In this document: piece by piece, positions 43,995-53,892 of the stretch
How the letters are laid out: every line of letters begins with the position of its first letter
Position numbering within the stretch: position 1 is the stretch's first letter
NCBI GenBank assembly: GCA_045636085.1
Contig: JAZTWU010000122.1
Span: 1-61,328, forward strand
Direction: 5' to 3'
Source: Eubacteriales bacterium
GTDB taxonomy: Bacteria; Bacillota; Clostridia; Oscillospirales; CAG-272
DNA: 61,328 bases
Notes under the pieces: model-generated
What the model was told of the DNA's origin: nothing
The model's database searches: none
Seen by the model: only the letters and a program-made list of their open reading frames with translations
Program-made: the position numbers and the translations under genes

Positions 43995-44136
43995 GTGCCC
44001 GTTTTTTATAAGCTTTTGGCCTTTTTGCCGCGTTTTTCTGCCGTTTTTGCCCAACTCTCCTGCGGGTAGAGAAGAATTCGCCCTGCGGGAGAGCGGCCTT
44101 CTCTATTTTGGAGACGGCCGGAAATGCGCAAAAAAC

Positions 44137-44166
44137 TTGACAACGGCAGCAAAAAAATGGTAAACT
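44137..44166 (+). promoter_or_regulatory. sigma-A type promoter of the acyl-CoA ligase gene
   Basis: TTGACA-18 nt-TAAACT with a TGg extended -10. Confidence 0.55.
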
Positions 44167-44207
44167 TCTATTGCAATCAAAAAAGCATTGTAAAGAAAGG
44201 AAACCGT

Positions 44208-45956
44208 ATGGCTTTCAAGAACAGAAAAAGAAACTATCCTCTTTATGAGACAACGAAGTTTGCTAACCTTAGAGAAATGACGGAGAACGTAGCGGATCGC
44301 TATCCCGATAAGATCGCGTTTTCCTATAAGAAGAACCCGAACGATAAGGAGATTCTTCATTTTACCTACGAGGAGGGCCGCGCCTTTGTTCGCGCCTTGG
44401 CAACCGAGTTCCATATGATGGGACTTTCGGGCAAGACGGTTGCGATCATCGGAGAGGCCTCGCCGCAATGGGCGTTTTCCTATTTCGCGCTGATGAGCAT
44501 GGGCGCGATCACCGTGCCGATCGATAAGGAGCTTCCCGCTCCCGATATGGCCTCGATCCTCGGAACGGCCGAGTGCACGGCCTGCGTGTATTCCACGGTT
44601 GCTTCGAAGAAGGTATGGGAGGCAAAGGAAAATCTTCCCCTGATGGAAAAGATGATCGAGATCGGCGATGCGATCCACGAGGGTGCGATCTCTCTTGAGA
44701 GCGTTCGCCTTGCGGGAGACGAAAAGTATCGCGGCGGCAACAATATCTATTACGACTACGAGATCGATGCAGATGCATTGGCCTCCATCGTGTTTACCTC
44801 GGGAACCACGGGCAAGGGCAAGGGCGTTATGCTCACCTCCAAGAATATCTGCTCGGATATGGAGCAGGGAATGTATAACTTCCGGATCACGGAGCGCACG
44901 ATGTGCGTGCTTCCTCCGCACCATACCTTCGGCTCCACGGTCAATTTCGTTGGCCATTATGCGCAGGGCTGTGAGATTTATATCTCGGCAGGCATCCGTT
45001 ACATTATGAACGAGCTTGCCGCCTTCCGTCCCACGCACCTTGTGCTCGTGCCTCTCTTCGTTGAAACCTTCTATAAGCGCATTATGAGCGCGATCGAGAA
45101 GCAAGGCAAGCTGAAGCTCGTGAAAACGATGATCAAAATATCCAATATTCTGCGCCGTGTCGGCATCGATCTTCGCAAGAAGCTCTTTGGATCGATTCTG
45201 AAAAACTTTGGCGGTGAGCTTGAAATGATCATCTGCGGCGGTGCGGCGCTGAATCAGGACGTGATCGATTTCTTTGAGTCGATTGGCGTTGTCATCCTGA
45301 ATGGCTACGGTATCACCGAGTGCGCACCTCTGATTTCCTGCAACCGTAACGAATACCGCAAGAAGGGCTCGGTTGGTATGCCCATCATCGGCGGCCACGT
45401 GAAGATCGCCGATCCCGATGAAAACGGCGAGGGTGAGATCTGCTATCAGGGCCCCAACCGTATGATCGGATATTTCAAGAATGAGGAAGCCACCGCCGCT
45501 GCCTTCGACGAGGAGGGCTACTTCAAGACGGGTGACTACGGTAAGGTGATCACCGAGATCAACCCCATCAGCGGCAAGGAGGATCAATGGGTTTATATTA
45601 CCGGCCGTCTGAAGAACCTGATCATCTTCTCTAACGGTAAGAACGTATATCCCGAGGAGATCGAAAATGATATTCAGGGCGTATACGGTGTCGGCGAGGT
45701 TGTCGTTTATGCAGGTGAGAGCAAATCCGATCCCTCCAAGGAGATCATCGTTGCGGAGATCTTCCCGGATGAGGAGGCGCTGAAGATGCGTAATATCACC
45801 GATGCACAGACCTATTTTGAGGATGCCGTGAAGGAGATCAATAAGAAGAACGTTTCTTATAAGACTGTCGGCAAGGTGAAGCTTCGCGCAGAGGAATTCC
45901 CGAAGAATACCTCCAGAAAGATCACGCGCTTCGCCATCGATAAGTCCATCGACTGA
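44208..45956 (+). CDS. long-chain-fatty-acid--CoA ligase (AMP-binding enzyme)
   Basis: FTSGTTGKGKGVML AMP-binding motif, GYGITE and GDYG motifs. Start MAFKNRKRNYPLYE at 44208. Confidence 0.85.
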   Translation: MAFKNRKRNYPLYETTKFANLREMTENVADRYPDKIAFSYKKNPNDKEILHFTYEEGRAFVRALATEFHMMGLSGKTVAIIGEASPQWAFSYFALMSMGAITVPIDKELPAPDMASILGTAECTACVYSTVASKKVWEAKENLPLMEKMIEIGDAIHEGAISLESVRLAGDEKYRGGNNIYYDYEIDADALASIVFTSGTTGKGKGVMLTSKNICSDMEQGMYNFRITERTMCVLPPHHTFGSTVNFVGHYAQGCEIYISAGIRYIMNELAAFRPTHLVLVPLFVETFYKRIMSAIEKQGKLKLVKTMIKISNILRRVGIDLRKKLFGSILKNFGGELEMIICGGAALNQDVIDFFESIGVVILNGYGITECAPLISCNRNEYRKKGSVGMPIIGGHVKIADPDENGEGEICYQGPNRMIGYFKNEEATAAAFDEEGYFKTGDYGKVITEINPISGKEDQWVYITGRLKNLIIFSNGKNVYPEEIENDIQGVYGVGEVVVYAGESKSDPSKEIIVAEIFPDEEALKMRNITDAQTYFEDAVKEINKKNVSYKTVGKVKLRAEEFPKNTSRKITRFAIDKSID

Positions 45957-45980
45957 TGAAAAAGCGAAAATAAAAGAAAA

Positions 45981-46015
45981 TACCAGCGCCGCGCCGTTTT
46001 GGTGCGGCGCTGGTA
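45981..46015 (+). terminator. strong hairpin after the ligase gene (no clear U-run on the plus strand)
   Basis: Perfect 12-bp stem TACCAGCGCCGC/GCGGCGCTGGTA with an 11-nt loop. Confidence 0.45.
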
Positions 46016-46086
46016 CTTGCATATTGAGAAAAAATAGGTTATAATATAGGGAAGAAGAAAGCGCGAAAGCGAAAGGAGGCGTATCT

Positions 46087-47364
46087 ATGCGGGAAAAAAG
46101 CTACGAAAGCAAAAACGGCGTGCGGGTATTCGCAATGGAGAATGCGGCACAGCACGGATTTTTTCTTTCGCTCTTCGTGCGCGCGGGGAGCCTTTATGAA
46201 AGGGAAGAGGAGAGCGGGATCACGCATTTTCTCGAGCATATCACCATTCGCAACATCCATCATCAGATGGGTGAGGGGCTCTACGCGATGCTGGATAAAT
46301 ACGGGCTGGAATTCAATGCCTCCACCTATAATGAAATGGTGCAGTTCTATATCAGCGGCGCAAGGGTGCATTTTGCCAAGGCGGCCGAGATCCTTTGCCG
46401 CGTGTTTTCCGAGATCACTCTGCCGAAATCCGAGATCGATCTCGAGCGGCTTCGCATCAAGGCGGAGATAAGGGAGGGAGACGAGAAGAATTCCCTCGCC
46501 GCCTTCACCGCGGGCGTTCTCTATCCCGATAGCTCCTTAAAAAATCCGATCGTCGGCACTCTGCGCTCGGTTTCCCGTGTCACGGGGCGGCAGCTTGAGA
46601 CCTTCCGCAAAAGCATTCTCACATCGCAGAATCTCTTCTTCTACGCAACGGGTGCCGTGGGAGAGACGGAGATCTCGGCGCTTTTGTCCGCGGTGGAAAA
46701 ATACCCCGTGGCAAGCGGTGAAAAGAGAGAAAGCGCACCGCGCCTTCCCGAGGCCTTTGGGCGACGCGGCTGTGCCGTGCAGATCAAAAATGCGGATTTC
46801 ACGATGCTTCGCTTTAACTTTGATCTCGATATGGCGCGTGTCGGCTCTGCAGAGCTGGATCTTCTGTACGATCTCCTTCTTTCGGGCTACGGCGCAAAAT
46901 TTTTCGTGGAGATGAGCGAAAAGCGTGGTCTCTTTTACGATATCAACGGCGGAATTGACCGCTATAAAAACTGCGGATGCTTCTATTTTTCCTTCGAGGT
47001 AAAGGAGAAGAATCTGGAGGAATCGATCCGCATCGCCGTCGAAATATTAAACGATTTGAAAACAAATATTTGCAAAACAGAGGATTTGATTAAGGCGCCA
47101 TATGTGGATAACGCATATTTGCTTTGTGATGATGCAAGAGAGCTGAACTTCACTTTTGCATACGATGCGCACATTCTTGAGCTTCCGTATCGCGGCCTTG
47201 AGGACCGCATCGCGGCGTACCGCACCGTCACGGGTGAGAGAATGCGTGAGGTAGCGCGCACGGTTTTTGTCCCCGAAAATCTGACGCTGACCGTCAAGGG
47301 AAGCAAAAAGCGACTGGACGGCGCGGCACTTTCGGCGTTTCTCTGTTCTTGTTTTGGAAAATAA
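46087..47364 (+). CDS. M16 family (insulinase-like) peptidase
   Basis: Inverted zinc motif HFLEH (GITHFLEHITIRN), 425 aa. Confidence 0.8.
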   Translation: MREKSYESKNGVRVFAMENAAQHGFFLSLFVRAGSLYEREEESGITHFLEHITIRNIHHQMGEGLYAMLDKYGLEFNASTYNEMVQFYISGARVHFAKAAEILCRVFSEITLPKSEIDLERLRIKAEIREGDEKNSLAAFTAGVLYPDSSLKNPIVGTLRSVSRVTGRQLETFRKSILTSQNLFFYATGAVGETEISALLSAVEKYPVASGEKRESAPRLPEAFGRRGCAVQIKNADFTMLRFNFDLDMARVGSAELDLLYDLLLSGYGAKFFVEMSEKRGLFYDINGGIDRYKNCGCFYFSFEVKEKNLEESIRIAVEILNDLKTNICKTEDLIKAPYVDNAYLLCDDARELNFTFAYDAHILELPYRGLEDRIAAYRTVTGERMREVARTVFVPENLTLTVKGSKKRLDGAALSAFLCSCFGK

Positions 47365-47450
47365 ACCCCATCCCTCGTTACCTGCCTTGTGAAAAAAAGC
47401 GGGAAAACGGGGGATTTTTCTTTTAAAAAAGAGATTTTTGCGACTACATC

Positions 47451-47479
47451 TTGACAAAAGCGCTTCTATGCGTTATAAT
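47451..47479 (+). promoter_or_regulatory. consensus sigma-A promoter of the capD-like gene
   Basis: TTGACA-17 nt-TATAAT. Confidence 0.7.
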
Positions 47480-47559
47480 GGCTTGGGCGTGTTGTATGCT
47501 TTTTGCGCCCTGATAAGAATAAAAATCGGGCAATTTTTTTGCTCTTGAACGGAGATTTT

Positions 47560-49485
47560 ATGGACGTGGTTGATCTTCTCAAGAAGCGCAGGAAGGTATT
47601 CCTCTTTATCATCGATGCCTTCATATTTATGGCGTCTTACCTTCTTTCCGCGCTCTTCCATTCTCTGGCGGCACCCGTCGTGCCCCTGCAGCCTGTCGGA
47701 TATGTGCTGAACGGACTCATCTTCTTTATGTGCGTTTTCGCCTCGCGCCTCATTTTTATGGTGTACTTCAACGTTTGGCGCTATGCGAATTCCCATTCGC
47801 TCCTGATGGTGATCCTCGCGGATTTTGCGGGCGGTGTTCTCGCCATTTCCGTCACGGCGCCCTTCGCGGCGTTGGATCTCGGTCTTCAGGCCGGCGTTGG
47901 CCTCGTTGCCACGGCGGATGTGCTGACGATCCTCTCGCGTCTGGTGTATCAGCAGGGATACCGTTATTTCCACAGAGGCGGTCCGCTTCGCAATAAGATC
48001 GGTGTTGCCATCGTCGGTGCGGGCACGGTCGGTGCTCTGCTTGCCGAGGAGCTGACCTGCAATTCCCATTCGCATTACTATCCCGTTTGCTTCATCGACA
48101 GAAGTGCGGATAAGGTTGGTAGCCGCGTATCCGGCGTTAAGGTGTATCCCGAAGGGGAGCAAACGCTGGAGCTGCTTCGCTCCCTGCCCGTTGCCGAGAT
48201 CTTCATTGCCGTTCCCTCTCTCACGGGAGAAATGGCGCGCGAGCTGCACGAGTTTTACAGCCGCACGGGCTGCAAGGTTAAGCTTTATGATTTTCCGCTG
48301 AAGGACCAGGCGGTGACCGATGCCCCCGGAGAGCGCCGCGTTTTGAGACAGATGCGCATCGAGGATCTTCTGTTCCGTAATTCCCTCAAGGTGAATGATG
48401 AGCAAACGAAGAATTTCTATGCCGGAAAGACCGTTCTCGTAACGGGCGGCGGCGGCTCGATCGGTAGTGAGCTTTGCCGTCAGATCGCCAAGGCATCGCC
48501 CGCAAAGCTGATTATCTTTGATATATATGAAAACAACGCTTACGACATCCAGCAGGAATTGGTTCGCCGCCACGGCGCGGCTCTGGATCTTGCCGTGGAG
48601 ATCGGCTCGGTGCGCGACCGCGCGCGTCTCGAAGCCGTCTTTGCTCATTACAAGCCCGAAATCGTTTTCCACGCCGCCGCGCATAAGCACGTGCCCCTGA
48701 TGGAGCACAGCAATCAGGAGGCGATCAAAAACAACTGTCTCGGCACCTATAACACCGCGGATATGGCGGAGAAATACGGTGCGAAGAAATTCATTCTCGT
48801 TTCCACCGATAAGGCCGTAAACCCCACGAACGTGATGGGCGCCTCCAAGCGCGTTTGCGAAATGGTGGTGCAATGCCGCACGGATAGTGAAACCGCCTTT
48901 GCCGCCGTTCGCTTCGGAAACGTTCTCGGCTCCAATGGCTCCGTAATCCCGCTCTTCCGCCGTCAGATTGAGGCGGGCGGCCCCATCACCATCACGGATA
49001 AGCGCATCATTCGCTACTTTATGACGATTCCCGAGGCATCGGGCCTCGTTATGCAGGCGGGCGCGATGGCAAAGCGCGGAGAGCTCTTCGTCCTTGATAT
49101 GGGCAAGCCCGTGCGCATTCTGGATCTTGCGGAGAATATGGTGCGCCTTTCCGGCCTTGTGCCCTACCGTGATATCGATATCGTCGAAACGGGTCTGCGC
49201 CCCGGCGAAAAGCTTTATGAGGAGCTCCTCATAAAGACCGAAACGCTGGATAAGACCGAAAATAATATGATCTTCATCGAGAAGGATACGCCCTATACCC
49301 GTGCCGAGGTGGATGAAAAGCTACAGATCCTCCGCCGCGCCGTGGAGGAGCATAGCGGCGAGATTGCCGCCGAGGCGGTGACGGAGGCGATGAAGGCCGT
49401 CGTTCCCACCTTCCGTTCTCCCGAGCTTGTGAATAAGGCCGCCGCCAAGGCCGCCGAAATGCAGATGGTGAACGGGGAAAATTAA
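47560..49485 (+). CDS. polysaccharide biosynthesis protein CapD/PglF-like (membrane-anchored NDP-sugar 4,6-dehydratase)
   Basis: N-terminal TM helices followed by an SDR domain with VTGGGGSIGSEL. The ATG at 47560 follows GGAG. Confidence 0.85.
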   Translation: MDVVDLLKKRRKVFLFIIDAFIFMASYLLSALFHSLAAPVVPLQPVGYVLNGLIFFMCVFASRLIFMVYFNVWRYANSHSLLMVILADFAGGVLAISVTAPFAALDLGLQAGVGLVATADVLTILSRLVYQQGYRYFHRGGPLRNKIGVAIVGAGTVGALLAEELTCNSHSHYYPVCFIDRSADKVGSRVSGVKVYPEGEQTLELLRSLPVAEIFIAVPSLTGEMARELHEFYSRTGCKVKLYDFPLKDQAVTDAPGERRVLRQMRIEDLLFRNSLKVNDEQTKNFYAGKTVLVTGGGGSIGSELCRQIAKASPAKLIIFDIYENNAYDIQQELVRRHGAALDLAVEIGSVRDRARLEAVFAHYKPEIVFHAAAHKHVPLMEHSNQEAIKNNCLGTYNTADMAEKYGAKKFILVSTDKAVNPTNVMGASKRVCEMVVQCRTDSETAFAAVRFGNVLGSNGSVIPLFRRQIEAGGPITITDKRIIRYFMTIPEASGLVMQAGAMAKRGELFVLDMGKPVRILDLAENMVRLSGLVPYRDIDIVETGLRPGEKLYEELLIKTETLDKTENNMIFIEKDTPYTRAEVDEKLQILRRAVEEHSGEIAAEAVTEAMKAVVPTFRSPELVNKAAAKAAEMQMVNGEN

Positions 49486-49520
49486 CGCGCATACCGAAAA
49501 CCATAGTATTTTTTATTGAG

Positions 49521-49553
49521 TTCGCCCGCAGGTGCCCGCCTGCGGGCGAATTT
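49521..49553 (+). terminator. intrinsic terminator
   Basis: Perfect 12-bp stem TTCGCCCGCAGG/CCTGCGGGCGAA followed by TTT. Confidence 0.7.
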
Positions 49554-49714
49554 GTATATGTTGCATATAAATTTTTTCTCAAAATCGTCTTTTTGCCTAT
49601 GGAAAATACGGGCGCGGTGTGCTATAATATAGATATAAAATTATAGGATGCGGAAATTGCGCCTATTTTTCGGTTTTGTTAATCAAAAAAGTTTTATATA
49701 CATAGGAGAGTTGT

Positions 49715-52624
49715 ATGAAAAAACTGCAGAAAATCCTGATGCTGGCCGTTTCGGTCGCTATGCTTGTGGGAATTTTCTCCATTGCCTCCGCCGCGGCGGC
49801 AACGATGGAGCCCTCGCAGGTTCTGGCACAGTTCGATGGTGAAAAGGACGGATCCGCCACGAATTCGACGATTGCGGTCAATAGCTCGTCTTCCGCTAAT
49901 AAGTATTACGAGATTGATTTCACCAAGGATGGCGGAAACGTCAACTTCGGCGGAAGCAATATTGCATTCCTCGGTAAGGGTGATTATATCGTCACCGAGT
50001 TCGACTTTATGGCTGAGGATTGGACGACGGTGAAGAGCCTTACCGTCGGCTGGAACTCCCGTAACAGCGCGAACGGTGCTTTGAACGATATGCACTTCAA
50101 CTTCTCCAATAGCGCGGGTCAGCCCAAGATCACCGGCTCGCCTCTTGCGGGTAGCGTTACGCTGGATTCCAAGCCCGGCACCTGGCATCACTTCACGCTG
50201 ATCGTGCAGGTTGGCGGAACGCATAAGGACAACGGAAACTTCCTTTCTGCCCTGCAGGGACAGGATGCGGTTGAGGCTTACGCTTATATCGACGGTGAGC
50301 TCTTCGCAAAGAACCTGATCGGCGACGGCAAGGAATTCTGGTCGAAGGATACCACCTATTTCCAGACCTTCCGTATCACGGCCTCCGGTGCAAACCAGAG
50401 AATCTGCCTTGATAACCTCTATATCGCACAGTATCAGACGAGCCGCGAGCTTCGCGAATTCTTCAACTACCGTGTGAAGAACGGTGGCGAATTCCCCGAT
50501 CTGAATGCTGTCTCCTATCCCTTCCTTCAGTACGATGCAAACTACGATTATCCGCTCGGAACGCCCACTCTCAAGGTTGTTGAGGTGAACGGAACGGAGA
50601 CGATGTTTGACCGCTTTGATAAGGCTTGTAAGTTCGCCTCCACCCTTTCGGGTGCAAAGATCGTTCTTCTTGCGGACATCGAGGATGTGGTTGTAAAGTA
50701 TCCCGTTTTGATTGACCGTGCAGGCTATAAGATCAGCTATGAGGTTGAGCCTCAGCTTCGCGGTGTGGAAAAAGAGATCGTCAACCCCATCACCGGTAAG
50801 AAGTCCTACGAGCTTTCCTTTATTAAGAAAACCAAGTATGCTTATTTTGCTTGGGAGGTAGATCACACGGGTCTTGTTCTTGATTCCAGAGGATACACCC
50901 CCATCACCGTCGGAACCCCCGTTGTTTATGACGGCACGGAGATTCCCGCGCAGTACTGCCTCGACGGTGTGCTTTATACCTTCAACGGCCAATGGAAGCT
51001 GAACGGAGAGATTCTCTCCACGGTTCCCGAATACGCCGCAAACTCTTATTACAGACTCGTTCCCGTGATCAAGGCGAAGAACGTATTTGCCACGATCACC
51101 GTAAATGATGTTGAAACCTATGCGCTCTCCCGCAGTGAATTCGTTGAGATGATTGCAGAAGCACCCGCAGGTGCCGAGATCAAGCTTCTGCGCGATATCA
51201 CGGTTGAAGAGCCGATTGTGATCAACGCGGGCATCACCTTGGATCTTGCAGGTAACAAGCTGGCGGTTTCGGGTGAAAACAGCGCAATCGTTCTTTCCGA
51301 GACGGCCGCAGGTGCCGAGATCAAGTCCTCTGTCGCCGGCGGCGTGATTGAGAACCTCGGTGCGATCTTTGATGCGGCTTGCTCCTTCGAGGTGAAGGGC
51401 GAAAATCTTATGGCCTTCGGTTCTGCTCTCCTTAAGACCGATGCCGAGATTGCCGATGTGAAGATCGAGGGCGGTGTCTTCGTTCTGAGCGGTGCAAAGG
51501 CTCTGCTCGTTGGTGCAGATGCTTCGCTTTCCGCAGAGATCTCTGCGGCTCTGATTGCCAAGAATGCGGCTCTGATCGATTCCTCCGCAGCCTATGCTCT
51601 GAAGCTTGGCGGCGCGATTTCCGGCATTTCTCTTCCCGCATCCGAGACCTCCACGGTCGTTCTCGCTAAGGGCCTTGCTCTTTCCGGCGTGAGCGTTCTG
51701 GTTGGTGCGGCTCTTCCCGAGGGCGTTTCCCTTGCGGATGAAGCGCTCGTTCTTGCCACCAAGAAGGGCGAGACGGTTTACGGCGATGCCGTGCTTGCAA
51801 CCGACTGCATCGTAACCGAGAAGACCGGTCTGGCTCTGATCGTTTGGGCAGATGGCGTTTGTGAGTACGCCATTCCCGGCGAAAAGGTTTATTACCTCTA
51901 TCCCTCTATCTACGATACCAAGAAGTTCTATACGCCGAATGGCAATTACCTCTTCACCGTGGACGGTGAGACGGTGCTCGGCAATGTAGTTTCCGAGGAT
52001 TGGGCAGGACTCACCGTAGCCGCTCAGCCCGATTACGATTCTAAGGCATTCTTCGTTTTGGCCGCTAAGCCCGACGGAACCTTTGATTACTTCGGAAACT
52101 TCGTAAATCTTGCCGCTCTTCTTTCCTCCGATGCATATGAGGCAGGCACGACCTTCGTTATCGGCCGTAGCAATATGCTCCTTGAGGATGCAACCGTTGT
52201 CGGTGATTATGCAATTGATCTGAACGGCTATGCTTTGACTCTCGCAAGAACCAATAAGGTTCAGGGCGGATCGCTGAAGATCTTCTCCACCGCCGAGGGC
52301 GCAAGCATCATCTCCTCGGGTGCACGTGCATTCTATCTCATCGGCGGAACGCTGGAGATCGATGGCATTGCATATGTAGGCGGAACGCTTGCAGAGATGG
52401 ATGCAACCTCTGTTCTGAAGATCAAGGACGGCGCGTTCATCCTTGGCGAGGCTGAGTTCTGCAAGGCAGAAACCGGCGCTCTCCTCGTGATTGAAACGTT
52501 GACCGCCGATAAGGAGCTCTTCGCCGCCGCAGACGGATTTGCTTGGATTCAGGCAAATGATGAGGTCGAGGTAAACGGCGCGCTTCTTCCCGTAACCGTG
52601 AAGTACGAGAAGGAAGCAGAGTAA
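49715..52624 (+). CDS. large secreted protein: signal peptide, LamG/ConA-like N-terminal domain, beta-helix-like repeats
   Basis: Signal peptide MKKLQKILMLAVSVAMLVGIFSIASAAAA. WHHFTLIV...YIDGELF is lectin-fold-like. Repeated ITLDLAGNKL / AIDLNGYAL units. No LPXTG or SLH motif seen. Confidence 0.7.
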   Translation: MKKLQKILMLAVSVAMLVGIFSIASAAAATMEPSQVLAQFDGEKDGSATNSTIAVNSSSSANKYYEIDFTKDGGNVNFGGSNIAFLGKGDYIVTEFDFMAEDWTTVKSLTVGWNSRNSANGALNDMHFNFSNSAGQPKITGSPLAGSVTLDSKPGTWHHFTLIVQVGGTHKDNGNFLSALQGQDAVEAYAYIDGELFAKNLIGDGKEFWSKDTTYFQTFRITASGANQRICLDNLYIAQYQTSRELREFFNYRVKNGGEFPDLNAVSYPFLQYDANYDYPLGTPTLKVVEVNGTETMFDRFDKACKFASTLSGAKIVLLADIEDVVVKYPVLIDRAGYKISYEVEPQLRGVEKEIVNPITGKKSYELSFIKKTKYAYFAWEVDHTGLVLDSRGYTPITVGTPVVYDGTEIPAQYCLDGVLYTFNGQWKLNGEILSTVPEYAANSYYRLVPVIKAKNVFATITVNDVETYALSRSEFVEMIAEAPAGAEIKLLRDITVEEPIVINAGITLDLAGNKLAVSGENSAIVLSETAAGAEIKSSVAGGVIENLGAIFDAACSFEVKGENLMAFGSALLKTDAEIADVKIEGGVFVLSGAKALLVGADASLSAEISAALIAKNAALIDSSAAYALKLGGAISGISLPASETSTVVLAKGLALSGVSVLVGAALPEGVSLADEALVLATKKGETVYGDAVLATDCIVTEKTGLALIVWADGVCEYAIPGEKVYYLYPSIYDTKKFYTPNGNYLFTVDGETVLGNVVSEDWAGLTVAAQPDYDSKAFFVLAAKPDGTFDYFGNFVNLAALLSSDAYEAGTTFVIGRSNMLLEDATVVGDYAIDLNGYALTLARTNKVQGGSLKIFSTAEGASIISSGARAFYLIGGTLEIDGIAYVGGTLAEMDATSVLKIKDGAFILGEAEFCKAETGALLVIETLTADKELFAAADGFAWIQANDEVEVNGALLPVTVKYEKEAE

Positions 52625-52647
52625 GCTTCTCCCAAATAACAAAAATA

Positions 52648-52683
52648 AGGGCGAGTGAAAAAACGGCACTCGCCCTTTTCTTT
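52648..52683 (+). terminator. intrinsic terminator (first of a tandem pair)
   Basis: AGGGCGAGTG-9 nt-CACTCGCCCT followed by TTTCTTT. Confidence 0.75.
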
Positions 52684-52688
52684 ATGAA

Positions 52689-52722
52689 AATCCCTCGCAA
52701 GGTTTCTTGCGAGGGATTTTTT
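52689..52722 (+). terminator. intrinsic terminator (second of a tandem pair)
   Basis: AATCCCTCGCAAG-gttt-CTTGCGAGGGATT followed by TTTT. Confidence 0.75.
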
Positions 52723-52791
52723 ATCGGTTTCCTTCATATATAAGTACATATACAAGGACATAAACGGTCGGTGAAAAAAGGAGGCAGAGAA

Positions 52792-53892
52792 ATGCGAAAG
52801 AAGGGAAGAATCGCCGTCGTGATCGGAACGCGGCCGGAGGGGATCAAGCTTTGCCCCCTTGTTTTGCAGATGCGCGAAAGCGGAATGGATGCGGCGGTTT
52901 TCACCTCCGGCCAGCATGGAGATCTGCTTTCGTCGGTGATGGATATATTCGGCGTGCAGGCAGATGTTGCGCTTGCGCCCGTGCATTTTGGGGAGGACCT
53001 TTGCGGCCTCGTTTCGCATTTGCTTCGCTCCTTCGGAGAATGCTTTGCGGCCGCATCCCCCTCGCTTGCGGTCGTGCAGGGGGATACAGCAACCGCATAT
53101 GCCGCCGCTCTGGCCGCTTTCTTAGCGCGCATCCCCGTGATGCACGTGGAGGCAGGCCTGCGCACGGGTGCGCCCTTTTCTCCCTTTCCCGAGGAGGCTT
53201 TTCGCCGAGAGATTGCCGCAATGGCGAGTCTGCATATCGCGCCCTCGCCGCAAGCTATGCGGCATTTATGGCAGGAGGGGGTTCCGAAACGGTGCACGTA
53301 TCTCTTTGGGAATACGGTGGAGGATGCCCTGCGGCGGCTTTTGAAGGGAAGATGCAGACCGAGTCGGCAAGCGGTATTGACGGTGCATCGCCGCGAGCAT
53401 AGTGAGGCGGCGCTTCGCGGTATCTTTTTTGGTGTTCGGGCGCTGATGGATCGCCTTCCCGCGCTTTCGCTTCTGTATCCGATGCATCCGAGTCCGCGCG
53501 TGCGGTGCGTTGCCGAAGGGATTCTCGGCGGTCATCCGCGCATTCGGCTCTCTCCGCCTCTCCCCGTTTTGGATTTTTATCGGGCGCTCGCATCCGCCCC
53601 CTTAGTGCTCACGGATTCGGGAGGGGTGCAGGAGGAGGCCTCGCTTCTCGGGATTCGCACCCTCGTTTTGCGGGAAAATACGGAGCGTGAGAGTGAGCTT
53701 CAAGGCGGTGGCCTTATGCTCGGCGGAACGGCGCCCGAGCGCATCGTTTCGCTTGGTGAGAGACTTTTGTCCTTGCCACCTCCAAAAAGAAAGGAGAGTC
53801 GAATCGGCTCTCCGAGTGCAAGGATTTGCAAATTGTTGCTTGCATTTAAAGAAGTCGGCTTTGATAAGCAACGGCTTTTCCAAGGATTTTAA
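52792..53892 (+). CDS. wecB: UDP-N-acetylglucosamine 2-epimerase
   Basis: GTRPEGIKL and DSGGVQEEA motifs. The ATG at 52792 has AAGGAGG 7 nt upstream. The 3' end overlaps the convergent repressor gene by 47 nt. Confidence 0.85.
   Translation: MRKKGRIAVVIGTRPEGIKLCPLVLQMRESGMDAAVFTSGQHGDLLSSVMDIFGVQADVALAPVHFGEDLCGLVSHLLRSFGECFAAASPSLAVVQGDTATAYAAALAAFLARIPVMHVEAGLRTGAPFSPFPEEAFRREIAAMASLHIAPSPQAMRHLWQEGVPKRCTYLFGNTVEDALRRLLKGRCRPSRQAVLTVHRREHSEAALRGIFFGVRALMDRLPALSLLYPMHPSPRVRCVAEGILGGHPRIRLSPPLPVLDFYRALASAPLVLTDSGGVQEEASLLGIRTLVLRENTERESELQGGGLMLGGTAPERIVSLGERLLSLPPPKRKESRIGSPSARICKLLLAFKEVGFDKQRLFQGF

Noticed and set aside
43985-43999. A possible third copy of the operator, because CACTTGACAA (minus strand) matches part of the site at 54558-54567.
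   Set aside because: Only the -35 context is shared. The AAAAATCAC and GTGACTTTT half-sites are absent. It is simply a TTGACA-17-TATACT promoter for the GH28 gene.
49694-52669. A 991-aa ORF lying exactly antisense to the 969-aa secreted-protein gene. Similar long antisense ORFs occur at 56837-59296 opposite groEL, 44103-46022 opposite the ligase gene, 32360-33958 opposite hisS, and 9201-10796 plus 7968-9176 opposite the 904-aa phage protein.
   Set aside because: For this ORF I worked out that the antisense codons are the exact reverse complements of the sense codons. Stops in that frame arise only from sense TTA, CTA or TCA codons, which this gene appears to avoid. The other long antisense ORFs listed look like the same effect. 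The antisense products are Arg/Cys/Gly-rich, lack RBS and recognisable motifs, and the sense genes are unambiguous (groEL, hisS and others). I treat them as a codon-bias artefact, not overlapping genes.
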